This document shows, piece after piece, positions 38,476-50,756 of a stretch of 63,201 bases of DNA (position 1 is its first letter; each line of letters opens with the position of its first letter). This DNA is from Rhizaria sp. SCN 62-66. Lineage: Eukaryota. The position numbers and the translations under genes were made by a program. Location: assembly GCA_001724265.1 (NCBI GenBank), contig MEDY01000144.1, forward strand, positions 1 through 63,201. Reading direction: 5' to 3'. Below the pieces are notes generated by a model. The model was not told the origin of the DNA and made no database searches. It saw only the letters and a program-made list of their open reading frames with translations.

Positions 38476-39211
38476 TGACTCGGGCCTCTGGTCTGGCCTG
38501 CCCGAGGCCGACATCTCGTTATCTGCAGACCCTATCACGCTGTGTCGCCGCGCGTTTGCCGTGTGCTACATGCACCACACGGCGATGGCGTTCGGCAACG
38601 AGGGCGCGTACAAGAGCGTATTCGAGCTCGCTTCCGCGTCCGCCGCCGCTGCCTCAAGCTCCAGCGCCGGCGGCGGTGGCGGCAGCGGGTCGCTGCTGTG
38701 GCCGAGCCCGCAGTCGCTGCTTGATCTCACCGCCGGCGCCGACTCGAGGCCTAAGTGGGTGGTGTATCAGGACATCGCGCCGACCGGCCGCAACGTAATG
38801 CGCCAGCTCTGCGCCATCGAGTACTCCTGGGTGCAGCCTCTGCTCTCTCGCGTTGCTAACGCCTCGCTCGCCACTCTCACGGGCCGCACCGATCAGGAGG
38901 TTATTGCTCTCGCGCGCGCACCATCTCTTGCCCCTGCTCCGCTGCCGTTGGCTGCGGCAGCAACAGCTCCTGCCGCCACGGGAGCGAGCTCTGCTTCGAC
39001 TAGTAGCGCCGTGACAAAGACAGACGCTGAAGTTGCGACTGGTAAGGCTGCTGCTTCTGTAGCTGACGCTGCGGCTGCCACCGCTGCTGCCGAAGCTGCT
39101 GCGGCATCTGCAGCGGCCGCAGCAGCAGCTGCAGCTGCGACAAAGGCCAAGGAAGACGCTATTGCTGCGGCCAAGGCTCGCTATTTGGCACGTAAACAAG
39201 GCGGAAAGTAA
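35334..39211 (+). CDS. DEAH-box ATP-dependent RNA helicase (DHX8/Prp22 or DHX40-like), ~1203 aa; exons 35334-37069, 37189-37479, 37627-39211
   Basis: Motifs GGTGCGKSTQ, PRRIGA, TDGALL, DEAH, SAT, LVFLPGQGEI, TNMAETAVTIDG, QRAGRAGR|TAPGQCFRMY, and HA2 region LTPLG...LPLEP. Two phase-2 GTACGT...AG introns (37070-37188, 37480-37626). Ends in TAA. Confidence 0.92.
38045..38430 (+). repeat. Degenerate CGTGAC/CGCGAT hexamer repeat encoding an RD/RE dipeptide tract inside the helicase
   Basis: Translates as RSRDRDYDRDYNRGRDRDRRDDDR...RDRDRDREREQER. Confidence 0.9.
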
Positions 39212-40182
39212 TCGACTCAGCAACGAACAACAAGTCATTATCTAGTCTTATATTAGTTCGGCTCATGCTTGGATACAATAGTTTCTCATACATCAACTAT
39301 GATCAATACAAAGATGCGCATATTCTCCACGATGCCAAATGGAAAGAAGCTCCAATTGGACTCGCATGATAAGCTTACCTGTTTTGACTAGATTTAAGTT
39401 TTGTGTTTTATTTGGGTTTTCAGCTCAATACTTGCTTTCTGATCACACGTTCTTGTTGTTTTCTCTATTCACTCTTCCTGACAGCAATAGCAACAACACC
39501 GTAGTTGTCACTCTCTATTAATATTGCCGAGTCCAAGATGAAGAAGACGAACGTGAACAATGATGAACTATAAGCATCACACCAAGACTGTTTTTAGTTT
39601 CTTAGCGAGGCCGCGTTGAGTTAAGTAACTAGCGGTCTCCAAGTTTGCGCACATACACAAGGGCGCTAACGCAAAAGAAAGATACAAGCGAGAGAGACTA
39701 AAATGAAACAAAACAATGAAAGAAAAAAAACCTGATGAAAACGAAAAAATGGGACTATAAAGTGTGACTCTTGTTGTGTTGTGTTATTATACTACAATAA
39801 CGTGTCGTTAACGTCAGTGAGGGCCTATTCACACATAAATGTTCGACTGATAAGGAAATGCATAAACACTGTCTGAGTGTTATTGCTTGCGTCTCTGTTC
39901 AGGAAACATTGCCAACGATGACAGGAGCTAGAAGAACGCATTGTGAGTCGCAATGCTGCTGCTGCTACTGCTGCAACATCTAGTTTACAACCGTGCTGCT
40001 GTGGCGGAACTGAGGGTGTTCAAGCGCACTAAGCACTTGAATGAATCACACTCAGATCATCCGAAAACAGCGACATCGGTAACACGCACTCCAAGAGAGA
40101 TGCCGTGTTACATATGAAGTCTATGTTGTTGTAGAGTTTCGCATGTACTTGACGTTTGACGAAGACTTGTCGGTTCGACAAC

Positions 40183-41007
40183 TTACGCCTTCTGGACGGG
40201 GAGGAAGAGCTTGAACTCCGGGGGCAGCTCCTCCTCAGAGTACAGACGGTCGCTGAAGTAGATGCGGCGGATGCGGCAGTTGGCGTGGATCTGCACGCGC
40301 AGCGTCTCGATGTAGTTGGTGCCGTAGGCGCGGCGGGTGAAGTCGGAGAGGTTGAACTGGATCTGGTTCCAGCCGTCGTCGAGGCGCATCGGCATGGTGC
40401 AGATGAAGGGCTTGACGCGCGTCGTCGTCTGGTAGTTGCTCGCGCGGAAGCGGCGGCGCACATCCTTGTCGTCAAGCACCTGGACCTCGAAGGTGAAGTA
40501 CTTCTTCATGTTCTTGATGATCATGACGAGGAACGGGAGCTTGATGCCGAGCGTCTTGCTCTCGTCGGCGGGGCACGTGATGAACGTCGTGCTCACGTTG
40601 GTGCCCGCGATCTCGATCACGGACGACTGCACGTCCTCATCGGTGATGCGCTTAATGTGACCGTTGCGGACTGTGAAGTACATGGAGCGTCGAGTGAAAC
40701 GAGTACAAGTTAGAGAACAAAAGAGACGTGAGGTTGTGAAAGCATGTGAACATCTAAACAAGTGACAAGGGGCGTGATATCGTGCGCAAATTCAGAATCA
40801 GAATTGCGACCATAAATAACACACAATAGTGCAACACTAAGACAATGGATATGCCGGGGGAGCGCGATGGACGAGCAGAAGAAGAGAGTAACTAGAAGCG
40901 GATTGCGGAGCGTGCAACGTACCCTGAGCATCCCAGATTTGAAGGGGCTTGCTGCCAATGCTGTAGAGAATTGACAGGAAGCCCGACTGGTAGGTGTTTT
41001 TGAACAT
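40183..41007 (-). CDS. CFAP20: Cilia- and flagella-associated protein 20 (BUG22), 190 aa; exons 41007-40923 and 40670-40183
   Basis: Spliced sequence [44 protein letters not shown]...[29 protein letters not shown]...[23 protein letters not shown] closely matches the recalled CFAP20 consensus. Phase-1 intron 40922-40671. Ends in TAA. Confidence 0.97.
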
Positions 41008-41793
41008 TGTCGACGGACCTGCTACGCGCCGACGCTGTGACGCAAGTAGCGCGAGGGAGGCGAGAAAACAGCAAAGTGAAGCGGGAAACGGAAGTGAGCA
41101 GTCAGCGAGGTGAGGAAGGACACTAACAGAGACCTAGAAAGCAGGAAAGAACATAAGTTCGGGACTTGGCACCAGTCTGAAAAGGTAAATTGATCCACAA
41201 AATACAACTGCACGAACAGTAGGCACACAAGTAGGCACACGGGCGCACACGCAGTGACGGGAAAGACTCGCCTGAGACGTTGCAGTTGCTTGACTGAAGT
41301 CGGAGGGTCAACTTGAGCGCAGAAGTTTGCGGCCTAGCCATCGTGATGAAGGCTACTGAATAAAAAGCAAGATAAACCGATGCATGCTATTCTTTCAAAA
41401 TTCTCGCTATACCCTCTTGACCATATCTAGGACGCGTCTTTCGGTTAATTTGGTTCGCTCGCGTAACCGTCGTTACTAAAAGTGGTTGGCTTTTTCCGAA
41501 GTCCTATTTTTTGCGAACTGAATAGCACCATTAACCTCAGACTTGAGCTCGATCTTTGCCGGAGTCTATCGACGTCATCACTTGCGTTTCACTTTTTTTA
41601 GTGATAGTGCCTGAAAGAAATATAACTTTTACACCATATATTTCAAATGATGCTGTTCCAATGATCACCTGATCTCGGATACCTTTGCTCAAACACCTCT
41701 TCCCACTTCCCGCCCACGTCTGCTTCCTCCTCCCCCTTCCCACGCCCGACGCACCCTGTGCCTTGACTCACCCGTCATCTTAGCTTCTTCCCG

Positions 41794-43656
41794 ATGGATG
41801 TTCACGCTTCCAACTGGATGAGCGAGGCGATTCGCAGCGAGAACCGCCAGCGCGAGCTGTGGGAGCGTCGTCGCGCCTACCCGTCCCCGCAGGGCCCGCG
41901 CGGCCCCCAGCTCCTCAACGTTTCGCTGCCGCCGGTCGCCATCGTGGGCAGCCAGCACGTCTACCGCGACCGCATCGATGTGGCCGCGATGCCCGAGGCC
42001 GGCCGCCGCAACGTCACCGGCGACGGGCTGCCGCTGGCCTGGTCGGCCGAGCCGCACAGTGTGACCCCGAAGCCAGGCACCTACGCGCCGCGACAGCAGC
42101 GGTGGAACCCCGTGGTGGAGCAGGGCTACATCATGAACAACGCGGCCACGGCGCAGTCGCTGCCTTACGCCGCTGCACAGCCCGCGCAGTTTGTCGCCGG
42201 CGGTGCCGGGCTTGACGGCGGCGTGTACGTCAACCCCTCGGTGTACTACGACGCCAGCGGCAACGCCGTGGGCGCGTACCCCGCCTCGGGCTACGCCGCG
42301 GCCGCCGCGCCCCCGCCCGTGCTCACGCAGCCGCAGTACTATTACCAGCAGCAGGACCAGGGCTGGGACGGCGCCGACTACGGCTCCGCGCCTGTCGGTT
42401 ACAGTAACAATGCCAACGCCAACTACGGCCCCAGCTCGCGCGTGACGCGACAGGTGACGCGGCAGGTGCTGGCCCCCGCGCCCGACGGCGTGGCCGCGGT
42501 GCCCGTGGTGGAGCGCGAGATTGTCACGCGCATGGTTCCGCACACAGTCACCTCGAACCAGCTCGTCCGCGTCCCCGGCGTCGAGGAGGTGCGTCTATAA
42601 GATATTCATCGCATATCTATCCTATATCTATCATATGTTTCTCATACTCGCACAATGGCTTAATTGTTACCGCAGGGAACTTGAACATAACTTGTGGTCG
42701 AACTATTTTGATCTGGAGGCTGCGTTTATTATTCCCTCACATATTATTGTCTACTAATTTCCAATACTTTCGTTCTGTCATGTAACGGTAGGTTGAGGAG
42801 CAGTACATCGAGTACGCACCGATCCCGCGCACGCGCACGGTGCAGCGGCCCGTGGAGCGCGTCGTTGAGCGGCCCGTCGCGCATACCGTGCTCGTCCCGC
42901 AGGACACGGTCGAGGAGCACTACGGCGTCCAGTACCGCAACGTGCCCGCGCGCCGCGTCGTCGAGGTCACCGAGGCGCAGGACTACGACCTCGTCCCCGT
43001 GCCCGTTGGCGCGCCCCACGTCGTCTCGCAGGTATGCGCTTTTGTAGTCATATTGCAGTCATGTCTTAACAGTTTCTCCAACTATTCTCATTATCGCGAT
43101 GTCATTTCGCTCACTCTTCTTATTCTTGTTTTAACACTGCTTCCTTTGCTTATAGCGCGAGTACCCCCCGCAGTACTATGCCGCGGGCACGGGCAACCCG
43201 AGCAACGTGTCCTCGCAGGTGGCCTACCACATGTACCAAGACGTCAACACGGCGACAGTAATTCCATGCCCCGCGCACTGCCCGCCCGGCGCGCGCGCGG
43301 CGGCGGTGCCTTACTGCACGCACGACGTGACGCGCGACGCGGCGTCGCAGCAGCCCGTGAGCGCGTGCGCGGGCGCGGCCAAGCATAGCATGATCGGGCT
43401 CGTGCTGCGCGCAGTCGGCTCGCAACGGGTCCGCGTCGTCGGCGTCAAGCCCAACTCGCCGGCGCACCGGGCGGGCGTCTGCGCGGACGACGTCCTGGTC
43501 GCCATCGGCGGCGTGACCGTGCGTGACTTGCAGACTGTGAGCGCGGTCATCCACAACCACTGCGCCAACTACCCCGTCACGCGCGGATGCCGCCCGCTGG
43601 CGCTCACGCTGCGGCGCAACGGGAAGCTAATCCACGCCGCAGTCGTGTGGTGGTGA
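41794..43656 (+). CDS. Articulin/alveolin-like V-P-E-R-rich protein with a C-terminal PDZ domain, ~511 aa; exons 41794-42588, 42792-43031, 43156-43656
   Basis: Repeats VPVVEREIVTRMVP, VQRPVERVVERPV, VPARRVVEV. PDZ-like IGLVLRAVGSQRVRVVGVKPNSPAHRAGVCADDVLVAIGGVTV. Two phase-0 introns (GTGCGT..AG, GTATGC..AG). Ends in TGA. Confidence 0.75.
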
Positions 43657-44588
43657 GCGGGCGCGCCGCGCGACGCACGGCGTGGACGCTACGAGGCGGT
43701 TTGTGTGCGTGTGTGACTTTGTGAAGTGTCAACTGTGAGCGAGACTTATGCGAGAAGCGGGCCAAGCTCCAACCTGGGCTTTTTATGTTCAAGCTATAGG
43801 CGTTGATGACTGTTTCTTTTGGTCAAAATAATCACGATTTATGTGATGCTAGATTTACTTGTGCGAATAAACACTGTTTAAACTGTTGTACCCTTCTGTT
43901 CTAAGTCCCTGGAGTGTGTTTTATACCGTTTCGAGTAGTGACCGTGGGCTGTGGCGGCAGAGCAGACACAAGCGAGGCCGAGGCAAGGGAGAAAAGTCGA
44001 CTCTGAGAATCGAATTTGGGAGATAGGATCTACGTCATGACGACTACGCGAAAAAATCAGAACATCTCTCGGCACGAATTTTCTATGGCTCTTTTTCCTG
44101 AGCTTAATGCGTCTGTTTGTGACTCGCATGAGATCCACAATCAAAGGATGTCTGCTTCTCCTCGGCAATCCCGCCCGACTCTCATCTTCCAAGGCCTAGC
44201 GTTAATATCTGCTTAACCATGCTGGATTCTTAGCATGTATTGGGGTAATAATTGCTGACTACATCTGCTGCACTTGCCGTCTTTTCTTGGAAGTGCTGCT
44301 TCAGCCTTCAAGTCCTCCTTCTTTCGGCACGCGTTTTGCTTTGTCTCGCCTTCTGTCCGCTCTCTTCATTCCGCCTCACCCCAGCGCATTCCGCTTGCTT
44401 TCATTGCTTTCTTACACAGCCCTACCGACTCTACCCTATTGTAGATTTCCCCTTTGTTTCCAATTAGTGCCTTCAAGCACTGTATCAAACAACAACTACC
44501 ACTGACAGCACCGCCACTGTCCCTCCTTCGGAACTGCTAAGCTTCGCACCAGCAACCGCAAGCACACACACAGTCTCCGTCGTTGATC

Positions 44589-46714
44589 ATGAGCCTGAAG
44601 ACCATGTCCAACGCCTCCACGGGCACCGGCAGCAGTAGCGCTAGCAAGACGGGCAACGTTTGGCTCGACCTCCTGCGTGATACGGCCGCCAGTCGCAGCA
44701 AGATCACCAATAAGTCCACGAACCTCGTCGTCCTCGGTACGCTTCTAACTTCACACAACAAACGCGCTCACACATAAAACGCATACTTTCATGCATATTC
44801 AAATATATTTGTTCTCAATTTCGGCAATATTCGTTCTATTTTCTCTGTGGTTTGTCATTTATTTCTCCAGGTGACCGCGCGTCGCAGAAGGCCGCGCTGC
44901 TGAGCCAGTTCGCGGGCTACGTCGGCCCCGCGCCCTCCACCACGCCCAGTCTGCTCGACTTCTCCTACATCCCCGTGACGAACCGCGCGGGCGGCGACAG
45001 CGACGAAGTCTACGGCCGCATGCGCGTGTGGAACATCGACCACGCCGAGCACCTTCCTCTGCTCTCTTCGCTCATCTCATCCTCGTCCTCCTCCTCTGCG
45101 GACAGCAACGGCAACGGCAGCGGCAACAGCACCGGCGACGCCGCCTTTGCCGGCGCGACTCCTGCGAGCACCGACAGCGCCGCCGCAGACGCCTCCGCTG
45201 CCGGCAACGCATCTGACTCCTCGGGCGCCGCCGCCAGCTCAAGTGCCGGCAGCAGCGCCCACGGCGTGCCCGCGGTGTCCCCGGCGGCGCTGGCCGAGAC
45301 CGCCTTCCTGGTCACGCTCCCGCTCTCCGAACCCCACACGCTGGAGGACCGCCTGACGCACTGGCTCTCAACACTCGCGGCGCACCTGGACGCCGTGTAC
45401 GCGTCCCCGGCGTTCCCGACCCCGGCGGCAGCCGCCGCCCGTGCGTCGGTGTACCGCCGCGTCGCACTCTACACGGACCCCACTCCGCACGGCGCGGCGG
45501 CGCCGCTGTCGGCGCAGGAGACGGCCGCCGCGACAGCCGCGGCTGAGGCGAGCCGCACGCCCCCCGTCAACGTGGGCGTACCCGTCGTCGTCGTCGGCGT
45601 CGGCGCCAGCGCACTCTGCCGCACGCTCGTCGCCTCCAGTGGCGCCCCCGCCGCGGCCGCGCAGCTTGAGCTGCTGGTGGCCAAGCTGCGCAAGATCTGC
45701 CTGCAGTACGGCGCCGCGCTGGCATTCACAAGCACCGATGCGGGCTCCGCCGCGGGCAATAAGGTGGTGGACCTGCAGGACTACCTCGCGCACCTGCTCT
45801 ACGGCACACCGCTGGTGGCGCCTGCGCGCTCCGTGGCCACGCCCGCCGACTGGGGCGTGTACCTCCCCACAGGCGCTGATTCGGCCTCGCTGCTGAACTC
45901 GGTCACTGCCGCCAAGCCCGCGCTCGCGGCCGGACTGGCGGAGCCGCTGGCGGCCGTCTTCCCGTCTCCGGTCGCCTCCTCGCTCGCGCGCTACGCAAAG
46001 ACGCTCGCAGAGCAAGTCACGCCCGCGATGACTCCCGAGGAGCTCAAGGCAGCCTTCCTGCAAAGCAAGGGCTCCGCCACGTCCAGTAGCTCCAGCTCGA
46101 GTTCCAGCTCTAGTGCGAGTGCTGCTGCCGCTGCCCCTGCTGCTGCTGCTGCCCCCGCTGCGTCCGCAACCGCGACCCCTGCCCCCGCCACCGGCGCCGG
46201 CCCCCGCGCGACGCCCTCGATCGGCATTGGCGCGCGCACCGCGGGCGCCGCGACCCCAGGCACGGTATCCCGCCCGGCGATCGGCTCGTCGACGGCGACC
46301 CATGGCACTGCGCCCCGCCCCGCGATCGGCGCGTCGACGACGTCCACGCCCGCCTCGACGGGGGGCGCCGGCCTGCGGTATAACTCACAGGCCGGCGCGG
46401 CCACCCCCGTCGCCTCCCTGCTCGACTCTGGCGCGGCCACTGGCGCGGCGGGCGCGGGCGCGGGCGCCTCGGGTAGCGCGTCCCCCGCCGCTCCCGCCGG
46501 CGCGGGCGCGGGCGCGGGCGCTGGCGCTGGCAAGGGCGCGACGCCTGCGCAGAGCTTCTTCAAGAACCTCATGAGCCGCCCCGGCGCCTCAGGCGTGGCT
46601 TCGGGCGCCGCTACGGGCACTGCCGCGGGCTCTGCTGCGACCGCCGCCAAACCGACTCCTGCGGCGGTGGCCGGCGCCGCGAAGCCCGCCCAGTCCGAGC
46701 CGAAGCCGGAGTAA
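44589..46714 (+). CDS. Cytoplasmic dynein 1 light intermediate chain (DYNC1LI-like), ~663 aa; exons 44589-44736 and 44871-46714
   Basis: NVWLDLLRDTAASRSK...NLVVLG|DRASQK; LDFSYIPV; NVGVPVVVVG; LRKICLQYGAALAFTS; VYLPTGADS; C-terminal QSFFKNLMSR resembles the LIC adaptor-binding helix. Phase-1 intron 44737-44870. Ends in TAA. Confidence 0.85.
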
Positions 46715-47275
46715 GTGCCGGCGGCAAGTGTGAGCGCGCATGGATTGAATAATAATGATTGCTGTTTGATCTTTTGTCTTTTTAGTCTTTTGTATTTTGT
46801 TTGCTGTACACATAATAGTCTTTTTAGTTTCGTTTTTTGTTTTCTTTTTGTTGAATGTACGTATGCTTGACTTTTGCGATGATGTTCTGTGCGATGATGT
46901 TCTGTTACTGTCTGTGTGCTTCAAGAGGCTTCTCACAACGATGCTGTCATAAGGAAAGATATTCGTTCATCTGGATGTGTTGCGAAGTCTTACTTCTCTT
47001 GCGTTTACGTTCCACCTTTGTGTTCGTGCTGTTATATAACTCCGTGATTTGTACACATCAGTTGCTTCTCAGAGGTTTCTACGAACATTTTCAGAATACA
47101 CAAACAAACTTGTTTCTACTGATCACTCCTAGAATAGCTAAATAACACTTAATGAATAACACTTACTAAATAGCACTTTTATTGATTGTTCGCGTTTGCG
47201 AATTTGAGGAATTCCTCTCGAGACCAACATCTGGACATGCGTATCGACCTCATTAGGAGAAATGCTGAAAGCAGC

Positions 47276-48426
47276 TCAGTCGAACCCGCCCTTAAGTCCT
47301 GCGCCGGTGTGCATCATCATCATCATTTCGCGCAGCACGTGCGCGGCCTCGTGGATCGTCACCTCGGGCCCCGCCACCGCCGCGGCCGTCACCAAAACAG
47401 GCACAGCCGTGTCCTCCGCGCTGCTCCTCGCGTCTGCCGAGCCCGCGTCTGCGCCCGCGCCGCTGTTGGGGCCCGCCCCCCAGGCCGTCTCGAGCCCGTC
47501 AACGAGCGTGCAGCAGACGTTGTTGAAGTTATTCACGCGCTGGTACAGGTCCGCGACTGCAGACATTAGCATCTCGCGTGTCACCACACCGCCGGGCGTC
47601 GCAGCGGCGGCTGCAGCAGCGGCGGCGGAGGCGGCGGAGGCGGCGGCAGGCGCGGCGGCGGCGGCGGCGGTGAGCTCGGCAGCGGCGGCGGGTGGCAGCG
47701 GGGGCTGGAGCAGTCCTAGCGCCAGCGCCAGCGGCTGCGGGATCGGGTACGACGGCAAGTAGCCCTCAAGCTCCGTCGCCGCCGCCACATGGGCATCCGG
47801 GTCCTCCTCGTCTCCATCAGCGTTCCGAGCGCTCTTGGGGATCGCGGCCTCCGCGACAATGTAGAGGTCAGCCAAGTGTTCCTTCGCGCGCACGCTGTCA
47901 GAGAACTCGCCCTGCGCAAACCACCGCCAGGAGAAGCCCGTGGCGGCGCCGGGGACGAGCAGCGTGCACGCGGCGCGCAGGGCGCGGTCGCTCTCGCCCC
48001 GGCTCCGGTCGGCGGACGCGGGCCGCGTCGAGAGCAGCGAACGCAGCTTCGTGATGTGCACCGTAAGCGCTGTAAGCTTCGACATCAGCTGCGGCCACTG
48101 CGCACGCAGCGTCGGCGCGGGCGGCGGCGGCGCAAGCGGGTCCGACACGGGCGCGGGGGGCGGCGCGAGCAGCGCGTGCAGGTCGGTCATGAGGGCGGTG
48201 ACGCGGGAGGAGATGTCGCGCAGCTGCGACAGGTACTGGTCGAAGTCGGTCTGAGCGGAAACAAAACAGAGAAAAATACACGTCCAGTAAAGCGTGTTGG
48301 GATATTGTGAGATTGCGGTTCGAAACAGATTGGGGTATGCGACGGGTTGTTGCGAACGGTCGATGTTGTAGAGAGGGTGAAGGAACGTACGCGCACGGAA
48401 GCGGCTGAGACAGCGGACGGATTCAT
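47276..48426 (-). CDS. Mediator subunit 8 (MED8)-like protein, ~336 aa; exons 48426-48391 and 48250-47276
   Basis: An N-terminal helix (QLRDISSRVTALMTDLHAL) followed by QWPQLMSKLTALTVHITKL resembles the recalled Med8 WP motif. Phase-0 intron 48390-48251 (GTACGT...CTCAG). Ends in TGA. The gene model is firm; the identity is tentative. Confidence 0.55.
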
Positions 48427-48775
48427 GAGGCTCGTAGTTAACACAACTGTCCAGTTTCCTAGTGGGGCGTTGGTTTACTGCGGTGAGAGCTGTGACAGGG
48501 CCAATGAGCCGGGTGTGGTCTGAGTACTTTCTGGCGAGCTGCGAGAGCGAGGATCAACCAAGCGTGATGCGAGTGATCAAGAAGGATCTATGAGTTATAA
48601 TAGAAGCATAGTATACAAATTTAACGCAAACCGCACAGCACCCAGTTTCAGCGACAAGTACTTTGATTTGATAGTACGCGTTGGAGTTGGGCCAAGTGAT
48701 GCTGCTGAGCGTTGCGTGATGGTCAGTGTGGACGCGAATTTGAATCCGAGATAATTCAGTGGAAAGTCCGTTAAC

Positions 48776-50610
48776 ATGTCCCATTTACGAAATGCGGTAC
48801 GTAATCTATGCATTAATATATTATATTTCAATTATACACCTTGAATCCTTGATTGTCATCATGCGCTCACATGTTTGCCTTCACTCTGTGTTCACCCTTC
48901 TTCACTGCGACAGCGCTACCATTGCTCGCTCTGCAATGTGTGGCTCGCGAACAACCCTACAACTATCCGAGGCCACGAGCAAGGTGCCAAGCACAAAGAG
49001 AAAGCCGAGGAGCAAATGAAGAAGATGCGTGACACGCGCATCCAGAAGGACAAGGTACGTCGAACTCGCTTCGATCCGTTGAGCTTGCTCTCTTAACGCT
49101 CTAGTATATCACGATGAAGTGGCGCACAGCGGATCGCTGTTGCACCATGGCGGCATTGTATGATGCGTTGTACTATTTCATTAATATTATTTGCGTACCA
49201 CGCGAGATAGCAATCAATGAGGCGCACTGTGGCTTGTTTCCACGAACTCATATCACAACTTCTTTCCTTTTTGTCACACCACGGTGTGCGTACAGGCTGA
49301 GTCTGATTTCAAGGCCGAGCTCGCGCGTCTTGACGCTGCCGCCGCCGAGGACATGGCGCGCCTGGAGCAGGGTCTTCCGCTCGGTACGTCTCATCACTCT
49401 GTGAGCTCATGTGTTATCACTCGCTTGACTTAGTTCGTTACAGCACGACCATAGCTGTACTCAAGCACAATGTGAAGAACAAGTGTGAATTGCATTGAAC
49501 TAACTGTTTTTCTTTTTCATCTCAACTCTCATATTATTTAATCATGTCTGTCTTTCTGTGTTTCGCTTCCTTTTAGCCCGTCCCGCTCCCGCCACCGAGA
49601 CCGCTGCCCCCGCCGCCGCCACGGTCCCTGCGCGCGCGCCTCCCTCGGCCGCCGAGCTGCACCAGCGCCACCTGGCTTCCCTCGCAGCCCACAGTTATCC
49701 TGTCCACGGTCACGCTGCTCACAGTCACGCTGCCCACGGTCACCCGCAGCGCCGCACCCCCGACGCGGCCGTGCTGGCCGCCTTCGCGCCCCCGCCGCCC
49801 CCGTCTCTGAACGCTGCAGCCACTGCAAGCTCCACAAACAGCAGCGGCGATAGCGGTTCCGGCTTTGCGCCGCCGCCGCCCCCCGGCCTTGGTGTGACTG
49901 TCAGTGAGAGTGCCAGTGCCAGCGCCGGGCCGCCCGGCTTAACTTCGGGCCCGCCCGGCCTCAGCACTGGTCCCCCGGGCCTCAGCAGCGGCCCGCCCGG
50001 CTTGACTTCTGGTCCCCCGGGCATCGCTGCAGGACCTCCCGGTATCAGTGCTGGACCCCCCGGCCTGGCTTCCGGCCCGCCCGGCTTAACTTCGGCGCCT
50101 CCTGGCATTGCAGGGACGACAACCACGTGCAGTCAACTGGAGCCCGCTGAGTCGTCCGCAGCGGCAGCCCCAGCGCTTGCAGCCGTTTTGCCCGATGTGA
50201 GCAGCTCGACGAGCCTTGGCCAGTGGTCTTTTGTCTCAACTACCGAGAGCAGCAGCGGCGATGACGGCAGCAGCAGCGCCAGCCGCGGCAAGCGCCCGGC
50301 CCCCGACTCGGATGCCGGCACAGACGCCGACGCCGCCAGCGTCGAGAAGGACCTGCGCCGCGCGTACGGCGGCTCTTCTCTCGTTAGTAGCAACAGCAAT
50401 AGTGGCGGCAGCAGCGTCCGCGGCCGCGGCAGCGACGACCTGGACGAGCTGGCAGCGCGCGCCCCGCTGGACCGCGACGAGGAGCTCATCCGCATGGGCG
50501 GCGCGCGCGCCAATAACACCGGCGACGCGGGCGACGACGACGAGGACGGTGCCGTCAAGATCGAGTTCAAGAAGAAGAAGAAGAAGATGGCTATTAAGTC
50601 CGAAGAGTGA
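48776..50610 (+). CDS. U1/matrin-type zinc-finger protein, WBP4/FBP21-like but lacking WW domains, ~427 aa; exons 48776-48796, 48914-49054, 49296-49383, 49577-50610
   Basis: Zinc finger RYHCSLCNVWLANNPTTIRGHEQGAKHKE, then a helical segment ELARLDAAAAEDM, a GQW motif and C-terminal IEFKKKKKK. Three GTACGT...AG introns keep the frame. Ends in TGA. Confidence 0.78.
49921..50109 (+). repeat. Nine tandem 21-nt units encoding x-x-(G/A)-P-P-G-(L/I)
   Basis: SAGPPGL TSGPPGL STGPPGL SSGPPGL TSGPPGI AAGPPGI SAGPPGL ASGPPGL TSAPPGI; 189 nt = 9 x 21. Confidence 0.92.
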
Positions 50611-50756
50611 AATGAGTGACTGTTGCGAGCATATGTGATGACACAATGTGATTTAAGTTACCTAGGCCAGATTCTTGAGCGAATACAGTGATGTTTGTGT
50701 ATTTCTTAAAACTAAGTGGGAGGATTAATTGGCGGATATCACCACATATGCGTGAT

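Noticed and set aside
49055-49295. Longer introns (241-286 nt) as possible snoRNA hosts
   Set aside because: No convincing paired C/D boxes with terminal stems or H/ACA structure seen by eye; an Infernal/snoscan search would be needed.
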